Shown here: piece by piece, positions 8,890 to 17,508 of the stretch
Numbering within the stretch: the stretch's first letter is position 1
How the letters are laid out: each line of letters opens with the position of its first letter
DNA from: an uncultured bacterium
Lineage (GTDB): Bacteria; Edwardsbacteria; AC1; EtOH8
DNA: 64,000 bases
Assembly (NCBI GenBank): GCA_937863685.1
Contig: CALMGM010000010.1
Location: 84,158 to 148,157 of the forward strand
Direction of reading: 5' to 3'
Position numbers and translations under genes: made by a program
Notes under the pieces: generated by a model
Told to the model about the DNA's origin: nothing
Database searches by the model: none
What the model saw: the letters and a program-made list of their open reading frames with translations, nothing else

Positions 8890-10317
8890 ATGAGCAAGCA
8901 ATTTTATAATATAAATCAATACTGGATATCGTCCGCCGATAGTAGCAAAGACTGCTATCCCAGCAGTATTGTCCTGAGGAAAGCCGAGGTCCTGGTGACG
9001 ACTGGAATGTGGGACAAGGCGACCAATATGTATCAGCAAGTCCTGGCTGCCGGAGAACGCTTGGGGGCAGATCCAGAAAGGGCCGAGAGCCTTTACCGGC
9101 TGGGCGAGGTGTTTAGGCTGAAGAGCGAATATCCGGAGGCATTGGAGCATTTGTCAAAAGCGATGCATTTATATCAGGAACTAAGGGACGGCGGGGGAAC
9201 AGCCAAAACCGTAGGCGCCATGGGCGGAGTTTACGGTGAGCAGGGAGATTATCAGAAGGCCATAGAATGTTTTAGCGAACGGAAAAACTGGGCGGAAAAA
9301 ACCGGGGATAAGATGGAGCTGGGTATAGCCTGGGGAAACCTGGGGGTGATCTATGCCGAGCAGAAGATGCTGGACCAGGCCCTGGAGTGCTATCAAAAAC
9401 AAAAAGCTCTGGCTGAGTATATAGGCGATTTGGTGGGGTTATCATTTGCCTATGGGAATTCGGGCAATATATATATCCATAAAAGCCAATATGAGACGGC
9501 TATTGACTGTTTTCAAAAGCAGATGGATCTGTCAAAAAGGATCGGTGATAAAAGGGCATTATGTGCTGTTTCCTGTAATCTGGGACTGCTTTTTAAGAAG
9601 CAAGCGAAAATGGAACAATCACTGGAATATTTTAACCAAGCCATCAGATCCGCTTCCGAAATAGGCTATTCCCGGGTGGTGTCTCAGGCTTATGGAAACA
9701 TCGCCACAGTATATCAAAATCTTGGGGATTTGGAACAAACCGAAAAATGCCTGAATGAATATCTAAAACTAAATCGAGAAGTGAATGATAAGCCCGGGGT
9801 TGTCATTGCTCTGGGGAAAATGAGTAAACTGAAAGAAAGATTGGGAGATATTGAAAAAGCAAAAGCGCTTTTGTCCGAATCATTGGATATTTCCAGGGAT
9901 AATAAGTTTGAAGGACTTTTGCCAATTTTGCTTATTATGATGGGGGAATTGCTGTTGGAGCAAAACGCTTATTCCGATGTCGCAAAGATAGCCGGCGAGG
10001 CATATCAAGTAGCCCAGAAGCAAAATAACCAGGAACAATTAGAGACAGTCCGGATATTGCAATTGCTGTCGGAAATCGGTCAAGGCAATATTTCAGCTGT
10101 TGCCGGACTTATTGAAATTGCCAAGGAGAGCATTTATGATGAGGTCCGGCTGGGGGCCTGCATGGGTCTGTATAAACATACCGGTGAAAATATTTATTTG
10201 AAAGCAGCCGGGGAGCTTTCGGATAAGTTATATGCCGAGACCAGGGAAGTAGAATACAAGATCAGGATGGACCAGCTGCGAGCCACGCAGCCGAAAGAAA
10301 TGGATACAACCATATGA
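8890..10317 (+). CDS. tetratricopeptide (TPR) repeat protein (ORF opens at TTG 8863; ATG 8890 preferred)
   Basis: Successive ~34-aa units with an A..Y..A/G..Y pattern (e.g. [22 protein letters not shown]); lower GC than neighbours; stop overlaps the copA ATG. Confidence 0.6.
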   Translation: MSKQFYNINQYWISSADSSKDCYPSSIVLRKAEVLVTTGMWDKATNMYQQVLAAGERLGADPERAESLYRLGEVFRLKSEYPEALEHLSKAMHLYQELRDGGGTAKTVGAMGGVYGEQGDYQKAIECFSERKNWAEKTGDKMELGIAWGNLGVIYAEQKMLDQALECYQKQKALAEYIGDLVGLSFAYGNSGNIYIHKSQYETAIDCFQKQMDLSKRIGDKRALCAVSCNLGLLFKKQAKMEQSLEYFNQAIRSASEIGYSRVVSQAYGNIATVYQNLGDLEQTEKCLNEYLKLNREVNDKPGVVIALGKMSKLKERLGDIEKAKALLSESLDISRDNKFEGLLPILLIMMGELLLEQNAYSDVAKIAGEAYQVAQKQNNQEQLETVRILQLLSEIGQGNISAVAGLIEIAKESIYDEVRLGACMGLYKHTGENIYLKAAGELSDKLYAETREVEYKIRMDQLRATQPKEMDTTI

Positions 10318-12746
10318 AGAAAATCGAGATCCCCGTCAGCGGGATGCACTGCGCCTCCTGTGTCAATAACGTCGAGCAGTACCTGAAAAAGCTGGGAGGG
10401 ATAGTTTCTGCCAGCGTAAATCTGGCCGCCGAGAAGGCCTTCATCGAATACGATGAAAGCCGGATCGATATCGCCGGGATAGTCACAGCCATCAACGATT
10501 CGGGTTATCAGGTTCCGGTCCAGAAGCTCTCCCTGCCGGTGGGCGGGATGCACTGCGCCTCCTGCGTGCTTAACGTGGAGAGGGCCTTGACGAAAAGTCC
10601 GGGCGTGATCTCGGCCAGCGTCAACCTGGCCACCGAGAGGGCCGATGTCGCCTATCTTCCGGATGCGACGGATAGGGAGCAGATAAAAACCACCATCACC
10701 GATGCCGGATACCAGGTGCCGGAAGGATCCGCTCAAACCGGAAATATATCGGTTGCTCCGGCGGTCTCATTGGATGCCCGGCGGGAGGAATATTACCTGT
10801 CGCTCAAGCGAAGGTTCTGGTTTGCCCTGATATTCGCCGTTCCGGTCTTTTTGGGCGGGATGCATATGTTCCTTTCCTTCATCCCCCGCTGGTTTTATGA
10901 TCCTTATGTGATGCTGGCCCTGGCGGCCCCGGTCCAAATATTCTCCGGCTGGCCGTTCTACCAGGGCTTGTGGGCCTCCATAAAACGGCGCAATGCCGAT
11001 ATGAACACTTTGGTGGCGGTGGGAACCACCGCCGCCTTCGGCTACAGCCTGGCGGCCACCTTCTTTCCGGAGTTCTTCGCCGGTGCGGGACGGGAACCGG
11101 CCTACTACTACGATTCGGCGGCGGTGATCATCACCTTGATCCTGCTGGGTCGGATGCTGGAAGCCAACGCCCGGGGACGGACCTCGGAGGCCATCAAGCG
11201 GCTGATCGGTCTGCAGGCCCGGACCGCCCGGATATTCAAAGACGGCGGCGAGTTAGAGGTGCCGATGGAACAACTGGCAATTGGGGATATCATTATCGTC
11301 CGGCCGGGCGAAAAGATAGCCACCGACGGCGTCATCACCGAGGGATATTCCTCCATCGACGAATCGATGATCACCGGGGAGAGCATTCCGGCCGACAAAA
11401 ACATCGGCGATAAAGTGGTCGGCGGCACCATCAACAGGACAGGGGCTTTTCGCTTCAGGGCTTCCAAGGTCGGGCGGGACACCGTGCTGGCCCAGATCAT
11501 CAGAATGGTGGAGGAGGCCCAGGGCAGCAAGGCGCCCATCCAGCGGCTGGCCGACCGGATCGCCTCGGTGTTCGTGCCGATAGTGATGGCGGCCGCCGGC
11601 CTCACCTTCACGGTCTGGCTGATCTGGGGGCCCTCCTTCAACCTGGCCCTGATCAACGCGGTGGCGGTGCTGGTGATCGCCTGCCCCTGCGCCCTGGGGC
11701 TGGCCACCCCCACCGCCATCATGGCCGGCACCGGACGGGGGGCCGAGCTGGGGATACTGATCCGGCGGGGCGAGGTGCTGGAACAAACGGGCAGCATCAC
11801 CAGCATCCTGTTCGACAAGACCGGAACGCTTACCTCCGGAAAGATCGCCGTAACCAATGTAGCGGTGATGCCGGAGTTCGCCGAGGACGATCTATTGTCC
11901 TTGGCTGCCTCGGCCGAGATTTCCTCCGAACATCCCATAGGCCGGGCCATAGTGGATTACGCCAAGTTGAAAAAAATATCATTGGTGGACGTATCGGATT
12001 TCAAGGCCCTGCCCGGCTCCGGCCTCAGCTGCCGGGCGGGCGGCCGATTGGTGGAGATCGGCAACCGGCAGATGATGGAGCAGAAGGAGTATACCAAACT
12101 GGAGAAGCTGTCCGGCCGCCTGCAGCAGGAGGGCAAGACCGTGATCTATGCGGCCATAGATTCCAAGCCGGCCGGGATCATTGCGGTGGCCGACACCCTG
12201 CGGGATAATGCCGTTCGGGTCATTGCCGACCTTAAGGGTCTGGGACTGAAGACCGCCATGATCACCGGGGATCACCAGGAAGCGGCCATGAATATTGCCG
12301 GACAGCTGGGGATAGACCAAGTGATGGCTCAGGTGTTGCCGGGCGACAAAGCGGAGCAGGTAAAAAAAGCCCAGACCGGCAACATCAAAGTGGCCATGGT
12401 GGGCGACGGCATCAACGATGCTCCGGCCTTGGCTCAGGCCGATATCGGCATAGCCATGGGGCGGGGCACCGATGTGGCCATCGAATCAGCCGATATCATA
12501 CTGATGGGGGACAACCTGGAGCTGATAGCCAAGTCGCTGAAGCTCTCCCGGGCCACCCTGAGGATAATCAAGCAGAATCTTTTCTGGGCCTTCTTCTACA
12601 ATATCATCGGGATCCCGGTGGCCGCCGGGGTGCTGTATCCATTTTTTGGGATACTGCTGAACCCCATGTTCGCGGCGCTGGCCATGGCCTTCTCGTCGGT
12701 CAGCGTGGTGAGCAACAGCCTTAGGCTTAGAAAATGGAGAGGATAA
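10314..12746 (+). CDS. copA: copper-translocating P1B-type ATPase with two N-terminal HMA domains
   Basis: Two GMHCASC metal-binding motifs, CPC transmembrane motif ([11 protein letters not shown]), DKTGTLT phosphorylation site, GDGINDAP. Confidence 0.9.
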   Translation: MKKIEIPVSGMHCASCVNNVEQYLKKLGGIVSASVNLAAEKAFIEYDESRIDIAGIVTAINDSGYQVPVQKLSLPVGGMHCASCVLNVERALTKSPGVISASVNLATERADVAYLPDATDREQIKTTITDAGYQVPEGSAQTGNISVAPAVSLDARREEYYLSLKRRFWFALIFAVPVFLGGMHMFLSFIPRWFYDPYVMLALAAPVQIFSGWPFYQGLWASIKRRNADMNTLVAVGTTAAFGYSLAATFFPEFFAGAGREPAYYYDSAAVIITLILLGRMLEANARGRTSEAIKRLIGLQARTARIFKDGGELEVPMEQLAIGDIIIVRPGEKIATDGVITEGYSSIDESMITGESIPADKNIGDKVVGGTINRTGAFRFRASKVGRDTVLAQIIRMVEEAQGSKAPIQRLADRIASVFVPIVMAAAGLTFTVWLIWGPSFNLALINAVAVLVIACPCALGLATPTAIMAGTGRGAELGILIRRGEVLEQTGSITSILFDKTGTLTSGKIAVTNVAVMPEFAEDDLLSLAASAEISSEHPIGRAIVDYAKLKKISLVDVSDFKALPGSGLSCRAGGRLVEIGNRQMMEQKEYTKLEKLSGRLQQEGKTVIYAAIDSKPAGIIAVADTLRDNAVRVIADLKGLGLKTAMITGDHQEAAMNIAGQLGIDQVMAQVLPGDKAEQVKKAQTGNIKVAMVGDGINDAPALAQADIGIAMGRGTDVAIESADIILMGDNLELIAKSLKLSRATLRIIKQNLFWAFFYNIIGIPVAAGVLYPFFGILLNPMFAALAMAFSSVSVVSNSLRLRKWRG

Positions 12747-12750
12747 ATTC

Positions 12751-12792
12751 TTGACCTCACCCCTGCCCCTCTCCAAATAAATTTGGCGAGGG
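12751..12792. repeat. 42-bp hairpin repeat, copy 1 (TTGACCTCACCCCTGCCCCTCTCCAAATaAATTTGGcGAGGG)
   Basis: 40/42 identical to the copy at 13835-13876; contains CCCTCTCCAAAT / ATTTGGNGAGGG stem; followed by TTTT here. Confidence 0.7.
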
Positions 12793-12848
12793 TTTTACCA
12801 CAAAGGCGCAAAGAGATATCTATAAATTAAAAGCACAAAGGAAAGAAG

Positions 12849-13838
12849 ATGAGGGGAGTAATTATTTCAATAGTGGCTTTGATGGCATTTGTCTCCCTGG
12901 CCACGGCCCAGACCGATTCGGGAGCCGTCTACATCCAGATGGCCAACACCAGTTACGGGCAGAAACTCTACCGGCAGTCCATAGAAGAGTACCAAGCGGC
13001 GTTAAGATTCCGGCCCGGGCACACCACGGTGATCTACAACATCGCCTGCAATTACAGCCTGCTGGGCAACGAAAAGCAGGCGCTGGTCTGGCTGAACAAG
13101 GCTATCGACGCCGGGATGTACAGCTTTGACCGGGATTCGGATTTCGATAATATCCGAAAATCCAAGGGCTATAAAAAGGCCCTGGCCCGGTCTTCAAAAT
13201 TACTGAAAGAGATAGAAGGCCGCAGCAACCAGCCGGTGGTGCTGCTGCCGGAGGGGTTCGATCCCCAGAAAAAATATCCCCTGCTGATAGCCATGCACGG
13301 CTACGGCGGCGAGCCGGTGAACTTCTCCAAGGCCTTCAGGGCGGCCGGCAGCAAGAAGGGCTATATCGTCTGCTGTCCCTACGCCCCGGAGGTGATGGGC
13401 AAGAACAGCTTCAACTGGGGGGAGTGGGAGCCGGCGGACAAAAGGATCATGGAGTCCATCGCCTTCCTGAAGGCCAAATATCAGATAGACGAAAAGCGGA
13501 TGATCATCGCCGGCTTCTCCCAGGGGGGATATTACAGCTATTATATGGGGCTGAAGCATCCTGATTTATTCATCGGGGCCATTCCCATCGGTCCGGGATA
13601 CGATTCCGACCTGGAACCGATGTTGGCAGGAGCCGCCGCAGCCAAAATGAAATTCTACGTGCTGATGGGCGAGCTGGAGCCGGAGGAACGGATCGACGAT
13701 AATATCAGGGCCATCAAGCAATTCACCAGGGCCGGGATCACCGCCAGTTTCAATTTCTTCTCCGGGGTGGGGCATGCCTTACCGGGCGATTCCGATTTCG
13801 AGTTGCAAAGGGCCATAGAGTGGATAGAGAAGTATTGA
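12849..13838 (+). CDS. secreted alpha/beta-hydrolase (esterase / PHB-depolymerase-like) with N-terminal TPR-like segment
   Basis: Signal peptide; GFSQGG nucleophile-elbow motif; HGYGG oxyanion-like region. Confidence 0.55.
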   Translation: MRGVIISIVALMAFVSLATAQTDSGAVYIQMANTSYGQKLYRQSIEEYQAALRFRPGHTTVIYNIACNYSLLGNEKQALVWLNKAIDAGMYSFDRDSDFDNIRKSKGYKKALARSSKLLKEIEGRSNQPVVLLPEGFDPQKKYPLLIAMHGYGGEPVNFSKAFRAAGSKKGYIVCCPYAPEVMGKNSFNWGEWEPADKRIMESIAFLKAKYQIDEKRMIIAGFSQGGYYSYYMGLKHPDLFIGAIPIGPGYDSDLEPMLAGAAAAKMKFYVLMGELEPEERIDDNIRAIKQFTRAGITASFNFFSGVGHALPGDSDFELQRAIEWIEKY

Positions 13839-13876
13839 CCTCACCCCTGCCCCTCTCCAAATGAATTTGGAGAGGG
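13835..13876. repeat. 42-bp hairpin repeat, copy 2
   Basis: Direct repeat of 12751-12792 and overlaps the esterase stop codon, so the esterase gene is bracketed by the two copies. Confidence 0.7.
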
Positions 13877-13947
13877 GGCACAACATAGATACAAAGGACT
13901 TTTTAGTCACAAAATGCACAAAGACACAAAGTGACTTGTGGTTCTAG

Positions 13948-14210
13948 TCATTGCGAGAAGACATCTGTGCCTGACGGATGAGGCAATCCAGGTTTTTCCC
14001 GGATCGCTTCGTTTGTGTGATACCGGGCCCTACTCGCGATGACGAGAACGCCCGGTCATTGCGATCATTCTGCAGTGTCAGGCGAATGAAGCAATCCACC
14101 GGGTTTCCTGGATCGCTTCGTTCGTGCAATATTAAGGTCATGCTCGCGATGACGAGAACGCCCGGTCATTGCGAGTTGACATCATTGCCGAACAGATGAA
14201 GCAATCCAAC
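13948..14210. repeat. tandem repeat, ~108-110-bp unit x ~2.5 (unit starts 13948, 14056, 14166), each carrying GTCATTGCGAG…GA(A)TGAAGCAATCC
   Basis: Exact 31-mer TCGCGATGACGAGAACGCCCGGTCATTGCGA occurs twice (14033-14063, 14150-14180); units align throughout. Same core element occurs again at 61326-61367. Confidence 0.7.
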
Positions 14211-14378
14211 TCATCCCCCCGCCCCCTTCTCTTGGCAAGAGAAGGGGAGAAAGGGGTTGAGTCAGTCTAAGCCCGAATGGGAAACGTTCGGGCTAATATT
14301 TTAGTAAAATATGCTTGATTTTACATGGTATTGAGGTGTATAGTTGGTACTGTAAACACTAAATATATCGGTGATAAA

Positions 14379-15047
14379 ATGAATCTGAAATATTTTGCCT
14401 TATTCATTTTGCTTGTCGCCCATGCCGCCCTGGCCGGACCCAGGCCCACCGTGGCCATAATGGACCTGCAATGCCAGGGTCTTTCTGCTGCCGATGCTGT
14501 CATAGTAACCGACCGCCTCCTTTCGGAGCTGGGCAAGGCCGGGACTTACGACATTGTGGAGCGCACCAGGCGCGATGAGATACTAAAGGAACAGGGCTTT
14601 ACCATGACCGGGGCCTGCGACCAGACCAGCTGTCTGATCGAGGCCGGCAAGATGCTTTCGGCCTCCAAAATGGTGGGCGGTAGCATTGGCAAGTTTGGAC
14701 AGGCCTGGGTGGTGAATTTACGGCTGGTGGACGTTACCACCGGAAAGATAGACAAGACGGTGGATCGGGATTTCACCGGCCCGCAGGAGAGCCTGCTGCT
14801 TTTAATGCGGGAGGCGGCCGGGGAACTGGTGGACAAGGATATTTTATTGCCCGAAGAAAAGGCCCTGCTGGAAACGGGGCGCAAGGATATTGAAAAGATA
14901 GAAACGGAATATGCCCAGTCTCAGCAACAAACCAAACTTTTGAACAGGAAAAGATCTCCGAGGCCGAGGCCAGACGATTGCAAGAAGAGTCATACAAGGC
15001 CAAACTCTACGCCCAAAAGCAGGAGGAGGAACGCAGGATCAGGCTGA
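14379..15047 (+). CDS. secreted CsgG/LpoB-like domain protein, N-terminal part (frame 0; likely disrupted by a frameshift near 14938-14941)
   Basis: Signal peptide MNLKYFALFILLVAHAALA, then a domain aligning with paralogs at 47719 and 48619 (AIMDLQ…VERTRRDEILKEQGF…TGACDQTSCLIEAGKML…GGSIGKFG…LRLVDVTTGKI); the C-terminal tail of this ORF (KRSPRPRPDD…) looks non-coding. Confidence 0.5.
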   Translation: MNLKYFALFILLVAHAALAGPRPTVAIMDLQCQGLSAADAVIVTDRLLSELGKAGTYDIVERTRRDEILKEQGFTMTGACDQTSCLIEAGKMLSASKMVGGSIGKFGQAWVVNLRLVDVTTGKIDKTVDRDFTGPQESLLLLMREAAGELVDKDILLPEEKALLETGRKDIEKIETEYAQSQQQTKLLNRKRSPRPRPDDCKKSHTRPNSTPKSRRRNAGSG

Positions 15048-15553
15048 AAGCTTTGGAAAAAGAGAATGAACAGCAGAAGAAGGAATATCGGAAACGACTT
15101 AAGGCTCAGGCCAGGCAGGACGAGAAGGAACGCCATGATAGGCTGATGGCTTTAGGGTATATAAAGCCATACCGGGGCACTGCTAAATTGTTTATGTGGT
15201 CGGGCGTTGGTCTGACCGTTGGAGCGGGGGTATTGAAAGTTCTGGCCGAGAATGAATACGACAAATACCAAAGCGCGGAACTTACAGCCGATGCGGTGGA
15301 GGCACGGGACAATACCGAGAAATTGGACAAATATACCTATATTACGGCAGGCACGGCCGGGGCCTGTTTGCTGACCTCTGGGATCTTATATTTGGTGGGG
15401 AATAAAAAGCCGATGAAGCTATCAAAAAATGGTCCGGAATTGGAGCTATATTTTACTGACCGCCCCCTAACCCCCTCCCATGAGGAGGGGGAACAAAAAG
15501 CCCCTTCCCTTGCGGGGAAGGGGTTGGGGTTAGGTCTAGCCTGGAGGTTTTAG
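14978..15553 (+). CDS. C-terminal part of the same protein in frame 2: coiled-coil plus two TM helices (open from 14894)
   Basis: Frame 2 reads …FEQEKISEAEARRLQEESYKAKLYAQKQEEERRIRLKALEKENEQQKK… (E/K/R-rich coiled coil) continuing the frame-0 coiled coil; last ~25 codons run through a GC-rich hairpin repeat. Confidence 0.45.
   Translation: MQEESYKAKLYAQKQEEERRIRLKALEKENEQQKKEYRKRLKAQARQDEKERHDRLMALGYIKPYRGTAKLFMWSGVGLTVGAGVLKVLAENEYDKYQSAELTADAVEARDNTEKLDKYTYITAGTAGACLLTSGILYLVGNKKPMKLSKNGPELELYFTDRPLTPSHEEGEQKAPSLAGKGLGLGLAWRF
15465..15533. repeat. nested GC-rich hairpin repeat (CCTAACCCC[CCCCCTCC-loop-GGAGGGGG][CCCCTTCCC-loop-GGGAAGGGG]GGGGTTAGG)
   Basis: Three mutually nested inverted repeats read directly; a related element lies at 21872-21945 and simpler relatives at 5781-5810, 6941-6962, 14230-14275 and 34037-34064. 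Confidence 0.6.
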
Positions 15554-15555
15554 AC

Positions 15556-16857
15556 ATGAAAAGATATTTACTTTTAGTTTTATGTACCCTGCTTGCTATT
15601 TTGGGTTGCAGCAGGAAGTGGGATAACCCGGTGGAATCTGCGGTGCCTTTACCGGGGGTGCCTGGTTTAATTAGCCCTGCCAATAATGCATGGATATGGA
15701 ATGCACAAAATACGATTACGTTTACCTGGTCTAAAGTAAGCGGCGCAACAAAATATAAATTACTGCTAAGTAATTATTCAGCCGTATCTGATTCATTTGT
15801 TGCAATGGAAATAGCGGATACTTTTTATAATTGGACAGATACAAACAAACTTGGGAAAATGTATTGGCAGGTAAAGGCGTGGAACCCAATAAATGAATGG
15901 AAAATTAGCAGCATCTACACTTTCGAAAAAGGGCCATATATTTTAGCCAGAAACGGTGATTTATCGGTTGGTATGGGTTATGTGCAATTTATATATGAAA
16001 ATTACTTCTATATAGGCTCAAGTTTTAGTTTTAGGATTTATGATATCTCTGATTATAATAAACCAATTTATATTAAGACTGTAGATTATCCACGAGTAAT
16101 AGGTGACTGTACGGTTCTATCTGATAATTTATTATATATGACATCACGTTTTGATGATGGTGATGGTTTAAGTATCGCTACCTTATCAGATCCTTTAAAT
16201 CCAACTGAAATAGGTCATATAACCACAACTTCGTATGTCGATATTTCTGGTAGAAATTATGGACTTGCAATTAAAGATACAATAGCTTACGTTGTTAACT
16301 ATTGGAAAGGTTTGTTTCTTGTTAATATAAAAAACCCAACGAACCCAATTAATATAACCTCTTGTTATTTTGACCGTCCTTCCTTTAAGGTTACCGTGTT
16401 TGGTAACTACGCTTATGTGGCTAGAGAAGATTCAGGCCTTATTGTTGTTGATGTTACTAATCCCTCAATACCTTATATCGTTAATAGAATTATTTATCCA
16501 GAATCATATATAAATAATGTCTATGCGTACAATGATATTTTATATGCAACCGGCCATAAATTTTCATTAGCAAATCCAACAAACCCAATACTTTTAAATG
16601 AAGGGCCTTATTTTGGTTTTCATAAAATAACGGTTCTCAATACTATTATATATGGTGGGAAATATATCTTTAGTAATAGTGACCTTTCTGTTTTAGGCAA
16701 ATGCGATAAAATAAATAATGACACATTATTATATATTCAGGGATATGGCATTAAAAACAATAATATGTTTTGTGGGATTAATTGCTATAAACCAGTAAAC
16801 GGTGGGATTCAAGACTTGGGTGCACGCGGTATTGTTGTTTTTAAATTGGCGCCATAG
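15556..16857 (+). CDS. lipoprotein with LVIVD beta-propeller repeats (AT-rich gene)
   Basis: Lipobox LAILGCS; repeated …GLIVVDVTNPS…, …GLFLVNIKNPTNPI…, …TLSDPLNPTEIGHI… segments characteristic of LVIVD repeats; markedly lower GC and AT-rich codons. Confidence 0.55.
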   Translation: MKRYLLLVLCTLLAILGCSRKWDNPVESAVPLPGVPGLISPANNAWIWNAQNTITFTWSKVSGATKYKLLLSNYSAVSDSFVAMEIADTFYNWTDTNKLGKMYWQVKAWNPINEWKISSIYTFEKGPYILARNGDLSVGMGYVQFIYENYFYIGSSFSFRIYDISDYNKPIYIKTVDYPRVIGDCTVLSDNLLYMTSRFDDGDGLSIATLSDPLNPTEIGHITTTSYVDISGRNYGLAIKDTIAYVVNYWKGLFLVNIKNPTNPINITSCYFDRPSFKVTVFGNYAYVAREDSGLIVVDVTNPSIPYIVNRIIYPESYINNVYAYNDILYATGHKFSLANPTNPILLNEGPYFGFHKITVLNTIIYGGKYIFSNSDLSVLGKCDKINNDTLLYIQGYGIKNNNMFCGINCYKPVNGGIQDLGARGIVVFKLAP

Positions 16858-16882
16858 TATAAAGTTGTTTAAAGGTAATGAT

Positions 16883-17326
16883 ATGAGATATACTATAATT
16901 ATTGCTGCTTACGGTGCTGTTGTCTCTTCAATAGCATTGCTTTGGAATATTCTGCGTGATGCAAAAGACAAACCAAAAATTATATTAGACGTAGAAATTG
17001 GTATTATTGTGCCCGTACAAAATAAAAAGAAATATATATTTGTTACAATAACTAATGTTGGTCGTCGCCCGGTTATAGTCAAAGAATTAAAGGGTGTAAA
17101 AACAAAACTAATAAATTTGCCTTATGTTTTAATAGCCACTAAACAACTTCCAAAAATATTAAACGAAGGTGAATATATACAAGAAACCATACATGATCTA
17201 AATTGGTTAGATAATATTGAAAAAATATATATAAAAGACTCAACGGGTAGAGAGTGGTATCTTCCACGCAATAAGATGAAATTATTAAAGAAACAATATA
17301 CAGAGTATAAAAAGCAAATTTGGTAA
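16883..17326 (+). CDS. hypothetical small membrane-anchored protein (AT-rich)
   Basis: ATG with AAAGGTAATGAT upstream; N-terminal TM helix (IIIAAYGAVVSSIALLW); no recognisable domain. Confidence 0.35.
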   Translation: MRYTIIIAAYGAVVSSIALLWNILRDAKDKPKIILDVEIGIIVPVQNKKKYIFVTITNVGRRPVIVKELKGVKTKLINLPYVLIATKQLPKILNEGEYIQETIHDLNWLDNIEKIYIKDSTGREWYLPRNKMKLLKKQYTEYKKQIW

Positions 17327-17393
17327 AACCAGCTACCATCATAATAATCGCAACTTGAATAACCCCATTCTTTCGGTTATAATTCATCTCACG

Positions 17394-17425
17394 GTGCGGG
17401 TTCACTGCCCGCACTGCTTTTTTTT
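17394..17425 (+). terminator. rho-independent terminator closing the AT-rich island
   Basis: GTGCGGGttcactgCCCGCAC followed by TTTTTTTT. Confidence 0.6.
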
Positions 17426-17431
17426 ACAATC

Positions 17432-17470
17432 GTGTGACAATTGTGCAACAATAGTAAACGATTGTCACAC
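17432..17470. promoter_or_regulatory. 10-bp perfect inverted repeat GTGTGACAAT-N19-ATTGTCACAC upstream of the MATE gene
   Basis: Read directly; centre contains the ACAATTGT palindrome; candidate operator of unknown regulator. Confidence 0.3.
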
Positions 17471-17508
17471 CTTGTGCAGGCAATCAATATTACCTCAGGA
17501 GAACTCAT

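Noticed and set aside
13948-14210. Possible CRISPR array (exact 31-nt repeats 117 bp apart)
   Set aside because: The period is far too long for CRISPR. The intervening segments are homologous to each other rather than unique spacers. There are only ~2.5 units and no cas genes. It is better described as a tandem repeat.
14325-14378. Upstream extension of the CsgG-like paralog 1 ORF (MVLRCIVGTVNTKYIGDK)
   Set aside because: The signal peptide starts at the internal Met (MNLKYFALFILLVAHAALA). The extension overlaps a -10-like TATAGT region and has no RBS.
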